64,000 nucleotides of DNA from the human T2T-CHM13v2.0 reference genome, Homo sapiens, in the NCBI RefSeq assembly GCF_009914755.1, contig NC_060928.1; one strand, 5' to 3'. Made by a program: the position numbers and the translations under genes. The stretch's first letter is position 1, and the number at the start of each line of letters is the position of its first letter. The notes under the pieces were generated by a model. The model was given only the letters and a program-made list of their open reading frames with translations, was not told where the DNA came from and made no database searches. Shown here piece by piece: positions 35,328-53,161 of this stretch.

Positions 35328-35652
35328 CAGTTATGCACTGCATAATGATATTTTGATCAATGACAGGTTGCATATATGATGGTAGTCCCATAAATTTATC
35401 ATACTGTATTTTTACTGTATCTTTTTTATGTTTATATATGGTTAGATACACAAATACTATCGTGTTACAATTACCTACAGCACTCAGTACAATAACATAT
35501 ACGGTACAAGTTTGTTGCCTAGGAAGATAAAGCCTAGATGTATAGCAGGCTATACCATCTAGGCTTGTGTAAGTGCACTCTATAATGTTTGCATGATGAT
35601 GAAATCCCTAATGATACATTTCTCAGAATGTTTCTCCTTTATTAAGCAACTG
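35328..35652 (+). mobile_element. Tigger3 (Golem)-type non-autonomous DNA transposon
   Basis: CAGTTATGCACTGCATAATGA...GATGGTAGTCCCATAA...TATACCATCTAGGCTTGTGTAAGTGCACTCTA...AAGCAACTG. Confidence 0.7.
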
Positions 35653-35739
35653 TATATTAAAAGTTAATCATAGCAATACTCTTTACAAAAGAGTAGATTA
35701 CTTGAAAATTAAATAAATTGTGATTAAAGAATAATGTTA

Positions 35740-36490
35740 AACTTGTACACTGTTGGTGGGAATGTAAATTAAGATAGCTATTATGGAAAACGGTATGGAT
35801 GTTCCTCAAAAATTTTAAAAAGAACTACCATAGGATCCAGCAATCTCACTACTGGATACATATCCAAAAGATATGAAACCAGTACATGGAAGAAATATCT
35901 GCATGCTCATGTTCATTGCAGCATTATACACAATAACCAAGATGTGGAATCAACCTTAGCATCCATCAACTGGTGAGTAGACAAAGGGAATGTGAGATAT
36001 ACACACAATGGAGTACTACTCAGCATCAAAAAAAGGAAACCCTGTCACTTCAACAACATGGATTAACTTGGAGGATGTTGTGTTAACTGAAATAAGCCAG
36101 GCAGAGAAAGGCAAATACTGCATGTTCTCACATACGTGGAACTGAAAAAAGCAGAACGTAAAGAAATGTAAAGTGGTGATTACCAGATGCTAGAAGCTAG
36201 TGGTATGGGAAAATGTTGATCAAAGAACTCAAAATTTCAGTTAGATAAGAGGCATAATTTCAAGAGATCTATTGTAAATTATGATGACTGTATCTGCTAA
36301 CAATATGTTATATGCTTGAAAATTGCTAGGAGGGTAGTTTTTAAGTGTTTTCACCACAAAAAGTAAATAATATGAAGTAATGCATATGTTAAATAGCTTG
36401 ATTTAGACATTCCACAAGGTATACATACATCAAAACATCATGTTATACACTGTAAATATATACAATTTTTATTTGTCAATTAAAAAATCA
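35740..36490 (+). mobile_element. L1MA-type 3' end
   Basis: ACACTGTTGGTGGGAATGTAAATT...GGATCCAGCAATCTCACTACTGG...CAATTTTTATTTGTCAATTAAAAAA. Confidence 0.8.
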
Positions 36491-38031
36491 TGTTTAAATT
36501 TGCCTGAATAATTTCCCCTTTGAATCACTAAATAACATTAAAAATGTCTAAGTTCTTAGAAAACACTCTACAGATAGTCTGGAAATGGAACAGCTGGAGG
36601 AAGTTTACTGCAAACTTGTAATCATTTGTTTTGTACATTATTCCTTATTAAATGTTTACAATTATCTTTTAATTAAATGTCATTTAATTATATCCAAAGG
36701 TATGTTGTCATCAAGATTAATAAGGAAGAAATTTAACCAAAACCAAATGAAATATCAATAAACAAGTAAGAAAAAGTAGTGTCTTTGTTCTATTTTCTTA
36801 TATTTTCTGTCTTTTTTGTAAACAGGGTCTCTATGTTGCTCAGGCTGGAGTGCAGTGGGTATTCAGTGGCACAACTATAGCAAATGGTAGCCAGGAGCTC
36901 CTGGCCTCAAGCGATCCTTCCACTTCAGCTATCCAAGTAGCTGTGACTACAGTCTCATGCCACTGTGGCCAGCAATATTTCTTTTTGACTGGAGACTGGA
37001 AGGCATCAATATTTTTTCTTTTACTTCCTAGTAATTACTCATTATATAGGTAAGCTTGGAAAATATAATATTTACCTGTGTGTCCACCATTTACCTTTAT
37101 TAACTCTTTCTATTAATCTGTATTTACTTCAGTTAGGTATTTTAAAAGAAATGCAGTACAGATATAATTGCCGCCTTATGTATATCCCTCCATAATCCCA
37201 TTTTTCTCCTTCCCTCTATAGAGGTAATCATTATTCTGAATTTGTTGTTAATTATTCTCAGGCTATTATATATATGTAAAATATATAGCATTGTTTTACA
37301 TGTTTTGAAATTTTGTTAAAGTCATACAGTGTACACATCTTTCTGAAATTTTTTGTACACAATTATATTTTTGGAGATTTGTTCATGCTGATACATGTAC
37401 CTTTCGTTCCTTCATGAACTGCTGCATATGATTTCCATTGTATGAATGCTTCCATGTATCCATTCTCATATTAATAGATATTTTCTAGTTTTTACTTACC
37501 ATAAACTAGGACGTAATATATATTCTTAGTCTGTCTCCTTATGCATTTGTGAGACAGTTTCTTTGAAGCATGTTCTCAGAAATGGAATTGCTGGTTCATA
37601 AGAATCTTTACCTCTACTAGATATTGCCAAATTGCTCTCTAAAGTGTTCTATTTCTCCACATTCTCACCAACACTTGGGGGTTATTAGAATTTTAAATTT
37701 TTTGCCAAATTGGATGAGTATAAAATGTTATCTTTTTTAATTATGCATTTTCCTGATTAGTAACTGTAAGGGTATTTATATTAATATTTTATATTTTATT
37801 TCATTTTAATATATTATAAAATAATATTTTATTTTAGTATTTCATATTAATATATTTCATATTTTATTGGCTATTTGGTGTTCTTTGTCTATGAATTGTC
37901 TGTTCTTATACTTTGCCCATTTTTCTATTTTGTTGTCTTTTTCTTATTGATTTGAATGTTTTGTTCAATTCTAGATACTAATATTTTATTAGTTATATGT
38001 ATTACAAACTGTTTTATATTTACTCTGTTAA

Positions 38032-38540
38032 TGCTATGAGTTAGGAGCAGATGGGCATGTGTACCCAAACAGACTTTTGCCTGTGTGTTTATTACCAACT
38101 TGTTTGAGTCCGGTGAGGCAGATTATCTACATACACAACAAGCTACATGAAGCAAATTTATTACTTACACATAGGCAGCAAGGGACAACAGAAACGTAAG
38201 ATTCAGAGTGAGCTGGTCCTCCAAGGCTCAGGAAATCTTCCAGGGTCACATGGAGTCTCAGCTGTGTGTGCCTTACTTGTACCACAGCTGAAGGACTCCC
38301 AAAAGCAGCCCACCCAATGTTATATACCCCAGGGGCAAGTTGACATGCTGGGCTAAAGCACTGAAGGACATCCTGTTTCTAGGGAAGACAGGAACAGAGC
38401 CCAGGCTGTGCCAGCCAGTCCCTCCCCTATCTCAGGATGTTGCATTCCTAGAACATTCTACAGTTATTCTTGAAAACTACAGCTAAGAAGAGGGGAGAGA
38501 ATTGGGTCTATCCAAGGCCACCCAGAGAACTGTCCTGGCA
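38032..38540 (-). mobile_element. ERV LTR (LTR32-like; name uncertain)
   Basis: About 510-bp GC-richer insert with TG...CA ends and a minus-strand AATAAA (TTTATT about 38157), embedded in old L1 sequence. Confidence 0.5.
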
Positions 38541-38559
38541 CTGTATTTAACCATATTCT

Positions 38560-39955
<1,396 letters not shown>

Positions 39956-40559
39956 TAATTTTCTTTATTTTAAGCATAAGAAAATTAATGTGCAGGGAGG
40001 TTAAGTAACTTGCTTAAAGTCATATAGGCAGTATATAAATGTTTTATACAAAACATGGCAATGCTTTTAGAATTAAGGGCACTATGAATTCACTGTAATT
40101 ATCTGCTACTTAGAAATTTGTCAGGATTTTTGGCTTGGAGTCCTAGTGGCTACCATATCCCATGACAAAACGTTTGGATGTGCAGTATTGGGCATACAGT
40201 GAGTGTTGTGTGTTGTTGGGCTTATAGAGATTCTTCTTGACATGATTTTGCTAGTTCCGTCATGAGTAAGTGATTTTATGGTAAGAAATTAGACATCTAA
40301 GATGAATATTTCTCTCTGGGAATGAATTTTTTTCCTTATTGTTACTTAATAAGTAATTTCAGGTTCTAAATTTTAGTTTCAAATATATGCATTTATAAAT
40401 ATGTACTTTTTCATGAATCATGGATCTATAATTTCTTCCTTTTGGTACTGGTATGCTTTATGTTAAGATAAATTAACAAAATTTATTTCCTTTTCCTATA
40501 CTCAGACTTACTGTACTTATATTTTGAATTGTCTATCTCTATTTTGGCTCTTATTCTTT

Positions 40560-41930
40560 ACTATCCATATTCTGTTGACTTACAAATTATTATCTCTAGA
40601 CTGATCTCTATTCTGAATCCTGAACTTTCATGTCTAATTGTCTCTTTAACCTCTCCTGTAGGAAGTTTAATAAACATCTTTAAACTTGTGTCTAAAATAG
40701 AGCTCTTGATTTCACCTGCAAAGTTTGATCTTCTTGTAGTTTTTCTCATCTTAGTAAGTAGTACTGCTAATCATACTAATCACTAAGTTACTCAAGACAA
40801 ATCTTTAGGATCTATCCTGCTGATCTTCCCCTTTGTTTTACCATGATCCCATCAGCAAGCTTATGGATTGTTGCTTAAAGTATCTTTTAAACCATTTGCT
40901 TTCGTCCATTTTCACTGATACTCTTATTCTTAGTGACTCATCTACACTCGCTTGGACTTCTATAGTAGCCTTCTAACTGGTCTTCAAGGTTCCACTTTTG
41001 CCCTCCTATAATCTCCTCCCTACACAACAGCCGAAGTTATCTTTCAAAAACAGATAAGTTCACATCTCTTCTAGGTTCAAAAGTTTTGAATGTCTTCTCA
41101 TTGGTATTTAGGATAAAATCTGAATTCTTTACTCTGGTGTAATGACACTTATATGTATCTTAGTCCATTTCTGTTGCTGTAACATAATATCACAGACTGG
41201 GTAATTTATAAAGAAAAGAAGTTTATTTAGCTTATGGTTCTGGAGGCTGAAAAGTCCAAGGCATGGCAGCAGCTTCCGGCAAGGACTTTTGTACTGTGTC
41301 ATATCATGGCAGAAATGTGGAAGGGCAAGTAAGCACATGCAAAAGAGGCCACAAGTGTGAGGTGCGCTCACTCTTACGATAACAGCATTAACCCCCTCTT
41401 AAAGGCTCCACTTCTTAATATTGCTACAATGGCAATGTTTCCAACACATGAACTTTTGGGGGTACACATTTAAACTATAGCAATCGGTACCTGCCTGTTT
41501 CCTTAATTTCATCTGGTGCTACTCTCTCCCACTCATTTATTGCAAGTACATGATCCTTCTTATATTCCATAGACAATTGAAACTCTTTCTTGCCTTAGAG
41601 AATTCACATTACTGTTCTCTGTGCTAGAATATTTCTTTTGGCTTTTCATACTGCTATCTTCTTCTCATCTTGCAGGTCTCAGTTTAAAGTTACTTCCTCA
41701 GAGATACCTTCCCTGGTGACCTTATGTAAAATTGTCCCTTTTCCATTTTTATCTATCATGTCTCCTTTATTTCTTTTAGGGTTTTATAACAATCTGCCTT
41801 GTTTATTTACTTATTGTTAAGACATTGTTTGTATCTTGAATTTTGGCTCCAGGGATGTGGGCTCTTTGGTTTTTTTCACTATAATTAACAATATTCTCAG
41901 TGCTAGGTGCTGAGGTGCTAGGTGCTATCA
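40560..41930 (+). mobile_element. L2 remnant interrupted by an MST/MLT1A LTR (41154-41482, minus)
   Basis: L2 motifs AGCCTTCTAACTGGTCTT, GGATAAAATCTGAATTC and TCAGTTTAAAGTTACTTCCTCAGAGA; LTR TGTATCTTAGTCCATTTCTGTTGCTG...AAACTATAGCA. Confidence 0.7.
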
Positions 41931-43011
41931 TTATTCTCATTGAATAACGATAGTTCAGGAGATGTAATTTAAAAGCCAGAATAAACTTATAGCATTTTGA
42001 CAATTAGGAAAAGTGAATAAATAATTACATTGGGAACCTTGATCTTAAATGAATTATGTCACGTTAAAAAGAAATTATAGCTTTCTACAATGCGTAAAGT
42101 GCACAAAATGAAGACTTTATTTTATGTGGCTTTGATGGTTTCCTTCCTTCCTTCATTTTTTAAAAAGCCCAAATTGAGCCTATATATATAGTTGAGTGGC
42201 AGATTTAGAACCAGAAACTTTTGGAGCTGGAAAGGGTGAAAAATATGATGTAGTTTATTTTATTGGTTAAGAAACAGAGGTTCAGAAATGAGAAACATTT
42301 TCCCCCAAGGCCGTAGATGGTCAATGGAGAGAAAAGTCCAGGAATTATTTTGTCTCTATTACATATTATTTTTATTTTGCCAATAATACTTGTTCATTAA
42401 AAACACAGAAAAATTTAAAATTAAATTAATATTATTTAAAATTCTATGTTTTAGAAATAATTAATGTTTTGTGATATGTTTTTTAGAAATTGCTTCTATG
42501 CATATTCAGTAATATAAATAAGCCAGTAGGAATTCCAGGAATTGCTCCTAGATATATTCACTAATATAAAGAAACCAATTCAACCCTACATGTTCATTTG
42601 TCTCTCTCTTGTCATTTTAAATAAACATGTCTTTTTTCCTCATTTAATAGTATTATAATATTCTTTTTTCTGCCATTAAGTATAGCACCAAATCCAGGGA
42701 TGATATTACAAATATTTAATGATTACTACTTCAAAGCCACCAAACAATCAGAAAGAACAGACTGTGGCCTGGGGGTTTCCTGCTGTAGGAGGCATCAGTC
42801 CTTTAATTGCTAGATCAAAAGGTGGGACCGTGGTCTTCCTAGGGGAGGAGCTGGGAGAATATCCAGGACTGGGTAGGAGGTGGAGACCAAGGCAATACCT
42901 TGTTGACAAATGCTACAGAAATATTTCAATATTTAATAACTAATTTATATTTTTTTGAAAGGCAACCCAAATATCAACTCTATTATCATTTTTAGTTATT
43001 GTATTTTATTC

Positions 43012-43606
43012 CATGGTGCAATAGAGACTTTTAACATCCAAATTGTCCCACCTAAATCCCTGGAACTTGTGAATATGAGGAGATATCAATCCCATGATTG
43101 TATTCTGGTATATGGCACAGTTGGCTCTAAGATGGAGAGGATATTGTGTGGGCCTAATCTAATCACGAGTCCGGAAAAGCAGAGAACTTTTTCTGGCTGG
43201 TTGCAGAAGAGGAAGTCAGAGAGCTTTTAAACCTGAGCAAGACTCTATTATGTAGCACTGTTGCTTCTAAGATAGAAGGGACTATGTGAAGGAATGTGGT
43301 GGCCTCAAGTTGGTGAGGGTGGACCCTGGCTAACAGGCAGCAATGAAACGGCGACCTCAGTAACTGCAAGGAACTGAATTCTTCCAAGAACCTGAATGAA
43401 CTTGGAAGCTGATTCTTCCCCACACTTGTCAAATAAGAACTCAGCTTGGCAGATACCTTCATTTTTGCCCTGGGAGACCTAAGCAGAAAACCTAGTCAAG
43501 CCTCCTTGGTCTTTTGACCTACAGAACTGTGAGATAATAAGTGGGTATTGTATTAAGCCACTAAATTTGTAGTAATTTGTTACAGCAACAATAGAAAACA
43601 AATGCA
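43012..43606 (+). mobile_element. MLT1D/E-type LTR
   Basis: CCCTGGAACTTGTGAATATG...CAAGGAACTGAATTCTTCCAAGAACCTGAATGAACTTGGAAGC...TTAAGCCACTAAATTTGTAGTAATTTGTTACAGCA. Confidence 0.75.
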
Positions 43607-43821
43607 CTTGCTAGGAAGGTACTATAGCTGATTTGACCAGTTATTTTATATTGGGTATTTAGGTGGAATCTAAGTTTTATCTCTTTGCTTTATTTGTTCT
43701 TATGCTAGCACAAGAAAGAAACTTCAATAAACAGCTTTTTACCTTCAGTATTTCTCATTTGTCTCTTTATTTCCTAAGATAAATTCTTAGAAATGAAATA
43801 GCAGAGTTAAAGTGTTTTTAA

Positions 43822-44196
<375 letters not shown>

Positions 44197-44460
44197 AAAC
44201 CCACCATTTTAACACCAGTTATTCTTTGTAACTTTTGATAAAATGATAGGTAAAAGATTAGTGTTACAATGCTGTTTTAATGGGCATTTCTCTGAAGACT
44301 AGGGCCTGTACAACATGTTTAAATGTTTAGGGATTGTAGGCAATGATAAACTTTTTGTTCTGTAAGGCCATATTTACTCAGGCTGGTAAATTATAGATTG
44401 TTCAAGCAAATAACTAGTAAAAGGTTTTTTTGTTTTTGTTTTCTTTTTTTTAAAGTATTG

Positions 44461-44845
<385 letters not shown>

Positions 44846-45451
44846 CTACAAAGAAGTGTTATTTGATGTAGGACTTGAGAAGTTGTATACCAAAGCAAGA
44901 TATTTGGAAGTACAAAGCAACTTTTAGTGAAGTACTAATTAAATCTACATTATTTGTGTCTTTTTTTCTTTAATGTTCAGTCAATTCAGATAATTTTTAA
45001 AAATCTCATAATCATTACATGGTCACATTACTGTCTAGGGTATACTTATCTATAGGGTGTGTGTATGGGAGGCAGAGAGAAGATAAATATCAATAGTAAC
45101 AATGGTAATATAATACATTTCATTAAAAAATCTGGGTAAAGTAATATTGGAAAGAAGACATTAAAGCCTTTTGCTTTAATAGAAGCTATGTTCATTACTT
45201 TTTCTAAAGACTTCCTATATTTCACCTTTAAATGTGGATCTTGAAAGTTAACCAAATATGTCTTCTGTATTTTGACATATACCATCAACCCTATGTAGAA
45301 ATGTATATCACTACCCTGGGAGAGGAAAGGAAGGCCCCCTAGAAGGGAAGAACTGGGGCACGGAAGAAAAATACAAGGGCCTTAACAATTAGATCAAAAT
45401 ATATTGTCCAGGATTTTTTTAGTGTTATATAGTGTGGGAGCACAAACATAC

Positions 45452-45753
45452 TTTTTTTTTTTTTTTTTTTAAGAGGCGGGGGTATCACTCTGTCACCCAG
45501 GTTGGAGTGAGTGGTATGATCACAGCTCACTGCAGCCTCAAACTCCTGGGCTCAAGCGATCCTTCTGTCTCAACCTCCCGAGTAGCTAAGACTATGGGCA
45601 TGCACAAGTATACATGTGCTAATTTTTATTTTTAGTAGAGGCGAAGTCTCCCTATGTTGCCCAGGCTAGCTTTGAATTCCTGGGCTCAAGCGATCCTCCC
45701 TCCTCGGTCTCCCAAAATGTTGGGATTACAGGCATGAGCCACTGCACCTGGCC
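45452..45753 (-). mobile_element. AluJ
   Basis: GATCACAGCTCACTGCAGCCTCAAACTCCTGGGCTCAAGCGATCC. Confidence 0.88.
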
Positions 45754-46582
45754 CATGTTTGTTGCCTATAACCTGAGATGCACCCTCCGCCCCGCCCCCG
45801 GCCGCCACCACTACCATCTTCAGGAATCTTATTACATACAGTATGAAAACGAGAAAAGGAATGATGCCTTAGCAATTTTTCAAAGGAGAAGCTAAAAGCT
45901 AAAGTAATTATAGTATATTATAGAATGTTGTATTTTAAGCACTGTCATTTTGATAAAAATGGAATCAGGGACCATTGTAAATGCTTACATGTTCTCAGTG
46001 AGTGGTCCTGGCTACATTATTTATGGGAGGATCTTTTACAGATAAGAACTAGCATTTGATGCTATTGTGATTTGCATCTATCATCCAGAAAACCTTGATT
46101 TTGTTTTCAGATTTGTTTTCAGTTTCACAAATAAAAATGAATCAAATTGAAATTTAAGGAGGAAGCTCCTAAGAAACCTTTTTGATTAAATCTATCAGAA
46201 GGGATAGCACTGTGGCCATTTAGCATTTGATTGTAAATTCCAGTTTCTGTTGACCTTGCTGACAGGTTTATGTTTGATATATCTAATTTTCTGAAGTGTT
46301 TTCAAAGATGTGGGCATTTTGATTACAAATATTCTCACAAAACTTTCCAGACATCTTTTTAAGGAACCTGAAAACTAATTTAAGAAGACACTACAGCAAA
46401 AAGCAGTTCTTATAGAGGAAAAAAGAAGTATTTGTTATTTGAATGTGAACTTCGAAGCTAAAATTGTTCTTATAAAAGGAAATAAAGTTTTCTCATGGTT
46501 AAACTAGTTTTTAGAGTGAGATGAGATGGGGCATTTGTAATGTAATGGTTATGGTTAAAGAAACATTATATAACAAAGTAAG

Positions 46583-46900
46583 AGCCTGGTGCGGTGGCTC
46601 ACGGCTGTAATCCCAGCACTTTGGGAGGCCAAAGTGGACAGATCAACTGAGGTGAGGAGTTTGAGATCAGCCTGGCCAATATGGTAAAACCCCATTTCTA
46701 CTAAAAATACAAAAATTAGCTGGGCTTGGTGGCATATGCCTGTAATCCCTGCAACTCAGGAGCCTGAGGCATGAGAATCGCTTGAACCTAGGTGTTAGAG
46801 GTTGCAGTGAGCCGAGATCCCACCATTGCACTCCAGCCTAGGGGACAGAGTGAGACTCAAAAAACAAACAAACTAAACAAAAACAAAAACAAAAACAAAA
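46583..46900 (+). mobile_element. AluS with (AAAC)-type tail
   Basis: GCCTGGTGCGGTGGCTCACGG...GAGTGAGACTC followed by an A/C tail. Confidence 0.88.
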
Positions 46901-47179
46901 AATCAAAGTAGGAGAATCTTTAGTATTTAATATTTTTTATTGTTAAAATATACATATATTCATGTATGTGGGAAAAATTTAAACAATACAGATGTATATA
47001 AAATAAAAAGTGAAATTGTCCCCAACCCTATTCCCTAGAGATAATCACAGTTCATTTGGGGTTTAGATTACTCAAGATGTCTTTCTATACACATATAAAC
47101 ATATACATAACCACAAGCATGCACAACTACATTATACACATACAATATGATCAAGCTGAATCTACACTATAGCCATTCG

Positions 47180-48610
<1,431 letters not shown>

Positions 48611-48972
48611 TTTTATCTTGACAATATACCATAGGCATCATTTCATGTCAGTAGAGTAAACTTTACTTCACATTTTTAATGATCACATATTATATTGTTG
48701 TATGGATGCACCATAATTTATTTAGTCATTCCCAAGTTAATGAATGTTTAAGATGGTTCCAACTTCACAATATTACAGATGATCTGAGATAAGCATCCTT
48801 ATAAGTGAATATTTATGCACTTGTCTGAATAGTTTTGAAGAAACTATTTCTAGAATAGAAATGTTAGCTGATAGAACATTCATTTTTTTACATTTTCATA
48901 AGTACTGCCAAATACTTTGACTTCACAAATTTTTTTTTATCAGTTTTTATTCCTATTAATAGCATATGAGAA

Positions 48973-49327
48973 TGTGTCTTAGTTCATTTTGTGTTGCTGT
49001 AACAGACTACCACAGGCTGGGTAGTTTATAATGAACAAAAATGTATTGGCTCACAGTTCTGGAGGCTGGAAAGTGCAAAATTAAGGGGCTAGTATCTGAT
49101 AAAAGCCTTGAGGTGTCATCTCATGGCAGAAGGGCAAAGAGAGAGTGAGAAAGAGCAAGAGATTGAACCTGCAGCCTCAAGCCCTTTTATAATCAGCATT
49201 AATCCATTCATGAGAATGAAGCTCTCATGACCTAAACACCTCCATTAGGCCTCATCTCTCAAGCCTGTTGCCTTGGGGATTAAGTTTCCAACACGTGAAC
49301 TTTGGGGAACATATTCAAGCCACAGTG
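48973..49327 (-). mobile_element. MST-type MaLR LTR
   Basis: TGTGTCTTAGTTCATTTTGTGTTGCTG...GGGGATTAAGTTTCCAACACGTGAACTTTGGGG. Confidence 0.75.
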
Positions 49328-50624
49328 GAGTGTCCTTCATCCTAAACCCTAGCCACACTGGATATTTTCAATCTTTTAAATTTTTGTTAATTTGATTGGT
49401 GGAAAATGATATCTTATTGGTTAGGTTAGAGTTGCTGTATTATCATATACAGTACTTTTATATTTAGCTTTTGAGGAGCTTATGTACTGTTTTCCATTGC
49501 GTTTATACCATTTTAGATTCTCACCAGCAATGCACAAGTGCTCCATCTTGGCTATCTTTTATTGTGTGTATTAATCATTGGTATTTTTCTTCTCTGGATT
49601 GCCAATTTGTATCCTTTGTCCTTTTGCATACCAAGTTGTCTTTCCTTTCTGTTTTTCCTTCTCTTCATCTTTATTAATTTATTTTAAAGAAAGTATCTGT
49701 ATTTTATGGGCATTGGGGTTTTTTGTTGCAATTTATTTTGCTCTGTCATTGATCTTCTAACTTAAATGACTTTTTCACTGTATGGATCTTTTCAATGTAC
49801 TCTAGTATGTTGTAGAGTTTGTCTATTCTGCACCTGACCTTGATTTTTTGCTTAGGAAGGTGTTCCCCAACCCGATATTAGAAAAACATTTCCCAGTGTG
49901 GAATTCTGATGTATCTATAGTTCAGTTTGATTTGATGATGTGAAATAGTGAACACATTATGGATTTTGTTTCTGTAGAGATAACCAATGTTCTCAGGACA
50001 TTCCTTATAGAGTCTATCCTTCCCTCATTGTTTTGAAAAGCCACCTTTATCATATACTAACTTTTTATATGTAATTTCTGAATGCTCTTTTCTGTTTCAT
50101 TTATCTATTTGTCCCTGGCCAGCATCATTTTTAAAAAATGATTCTTCCTAGCAAAACAGGACATTTCTGGGAAAAAAGAACTTGGTGGTGATCACTGTAA
50201 AAGGTGCATTCTCAGATACCATCCTTAACAACCTTATTTCTGTCTCAATATTTTGTAAGTCTAAAAGCAGATATCTGCAGTTGTTTTAAAGAGAGAAACC
50301 TACTTTAATTTTAATTCTAGGGCAAAAGCCATGGAAATCTGTGGGCACTACAAAAGATTGTTCAGGAATCAGAGATACTGTGGAAATTGGTTTTACTGAT
50401 TAAATAAACAATACAAGAAAACACTTTTTCACCCATATATCTTTTCAATTATTTTTTGATATTTGCATTGACTCATGTTCATTACACTGATACACTGAAT
50501 AATTTCCTTGGGCAGAGTGCTAAAATTTCAATATCATGTGGAAAGCAGAGTGATTCTACACACTGCAGGGTGAGTCTCTACTCTTCAGTCATGGAACATT
50601 CAAAGGAACCTAACATTTTTTAAA

Positions 50625-52095
50625 AATAATTTCAACTTTTATTTAGATTCAGGGAGTATATGTGCAGGTTTGTTACGTGGGTATATTGCGTGATGCTGAG
50701 GTTTCAGGTACAATTGATCCTGTCACTCAAATGGTGAACATAGTATCCAATAGGTAGTTTTCAACACTTGCCCCCTCCCTCCCTTCTCTAGTAGTTGCCA
50801 GTGTCTACTGTTCCCATCTTTATGTCCATATGTACCCAATATTTAGCTCCCACTTATAAGTGAAATCATGTGGTATTTGGTTTTCTGTTCCTGTTATTAA
50901 TTCACTTAGGATAATGGCCTCAGATTGCATTTATGTTACTGCAAAGAATATGGTTTCATTCTTTTTTATGGCTGCATAGTATTTCATGGTGTATATGTAC
51001 CATATTTTCTCTATCAACCCCAATGTTGATGGGCTCCTAGGTTGATTCCATGTGTTTGCTATTGTGAATAGCGCTGTGATGAACATCTAAGTGCATATGT
51101 ATTTTTTGTAGAATAATTTATTTTCGTTTGGATATATACCCAGTGATGAGATTGCTGGGTAAAATGATAGCTCTTTTTTTAAGTTCTTTGAGAAATCTCC
51201 AAGCTGCTTTCCACAGTGGCTGAACTAATTTACATTCCCACCAACAGTGTATAAGCATTCCCTTTTCTCCATGGCCTTGCCAGCATCTGTTTTTTGACTT
51301 TTTAATGATAGCCGTTTGACTGGAGTGAATACAATCTCATCGTGGTTTTGATTTGCATTTCTCTGATGATTAGTGATGTGAAGCATTTTTTCATGTTTAT
51401 TAGATGCTTTATGTTTTCATTTGAAAAGTGTCTGTTCATGTCTTTTGGCCATTTTTTAATGGGGTTACTTGGCTTTTTTGCTTGTTATATTAAGTCCCTT
51501 ATAGATTCTGGGTATTTGACCTTTGTCAGATGCACAGTTTGTGAATATTTTCTTCCATTCTGCAGGTTGTCTATTTACTCTGTTAATAGTTTCTTTTGTT
51601 GTGCAGAAGCTTTTTAGTTTAATTAAATCTCACTTATCCATTTTTGGTTTTGTTGCAATTGCTTTTGAGGACTTGGTCATAAATTCTTTCCCAAGGCCAA
51701 TGTCCAGAGCGGTGTTTCCTAAGTTTTCTTCTAGGATTCTTATAGTTTGAGGTTTTACATTTAAATCTTTAATCCAACTTGAGTTACTTTTTGTATATGG
51801 TAAAAGGCAGGGAGTCCAGTTTCATTCTTTTGCATATGGCCAGACAGTTGTCTCAGCCCACTGAGTAGGACGTCCTTTCCCCACTGCTTATTATTGTCGA
51901 CTTTGTCAAAGATCAGTTGGCTGTATGTGTGGCTGGGTTCTCTATTCTGTTCCATTAGTCTATGTGTCTGTTTTTACCAGTACCATGCCGTTTTGGCTGC
52001 TATGGCCTTATAATATAGTTTGAAGTTGGGTAATATTATGCCTCTGGCTTTGTTCTTTTTGCTTAGGATTGCTTTGGCTATTTGGACTCTTCTTT
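50625..52095 (-). mobile_element. L1PA15/16-like 3' portion
   Basis: TTCAACTTTTATTTAGATTCAGGG...GTGCAGGTTTGTTAC; antisense ORF2 end (LIFDKVDNNKQWGKD in the ORF track). Confidence 0.85.
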
Positions 52096-52728
52096 TGAGA
52101 AACCAGATTTAAACTGTATACTAACCAAGATTAAATGGGAATAAAAGGCTTTATTGTTGGTAATGTACTTAATTCATAAATTCCCTTAGATCTTCAGATC
52201 TCCTGAAATTATACATGTAACCATCTCAGCTGTGTTCTTTCATTTGCAAGACACATTAGGTAAGGCTTGTAAGATTGAAGGACTTAGTTAAACTTTTTAA
52301 GTTGACATGGATAAGTTTTATTATGTGCTATCAGCTAAAAGTATCATAAAATATACTGTTACACAGGTAAAGAAAACTGTTTCAAACAAGACTTATCAGT
52401 ATGGTAGGCTTAATTGCTTATACTCCTTTTATCTATGTTGAGAAGTTTCCCTAGAGTTTTAGCAAATATTTTCCTACATGAATTCAGCATGAAAGATTTT
52501 CTTAAGCTTGTAATTATTTTCTCATTAGAAAATATTTTCTTATTTTGGTTTCATGGTATCACTATTTCTTGTGGAATAGTGGATAAGAGGAAATCATTTA
52601 TTTCATGGATGATTGCTGATATTTCTAAGAATTGGAATATATTTTATTTTCATGGATTTAGATGTTTTGGATTAAATTTATAGTAACACACTGAAATGCA
52701 AAATCCAATGAAAAGAGTCATAGTCCGT

Positions 52729-52734
52729 TTTATT
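52729..52734 (-). terminator. Candidate polyadenylation signal AATAAA
   Basis: TTTATT on + about 100 nt downstream of the proposed stop, followed on the minus strand by U/GU-rich sequence. Confidence 0.5.
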
Positions 52735-52834
52735 ATAACTCTATATTATCTGTAACATGCTCCTATTACAAGTATTGAAGTCTAAGGTGACATGATGGAT
52801 TTCTTCTTGCTTTGATGTTAAGTGAAAAGCTGCT

Positions 52835-52865
52835 TTAAGTTTCATTTTTTTGATCACCTGGAAAC
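52835..52865 (-). CDS. Candidate terminal coding exon of an unidentified gene: (R)FPGDQKNET*
   Basis: Minus-strand acceptor TTTATTTTATTTCAG|G at 52866/52865, phase compatible with the upstream exon. TAA at 52837-52835, then AATAAA. Confidence 0.55.
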
Positions 52866-53161
52866 CTGAAATAAAATAAATTATAAATTTAACTTTTATA
52901 CTGGGCTAGAAAGCAAAGAACATTTGTTTTGAAAAATAATTTGTTTTCTGTAATTTTCAGATGTGGCTTCAAAATTAAAAATACTTAACCTTATGTGACA
53001 TTTGAAAATAAATCTGTGATTTTTTTTAAAGCAGTGTTTCACTATTAAGGTTATCAAGTGCTGGATGAAGCTCCTCTTTTTGTGTTTGGAGAATGAGATT
53101 ATGCTTAGTATATTGCGCAAAGTGGGTACTTAATAGAAACTTTTTACTTGATTTATCATAC

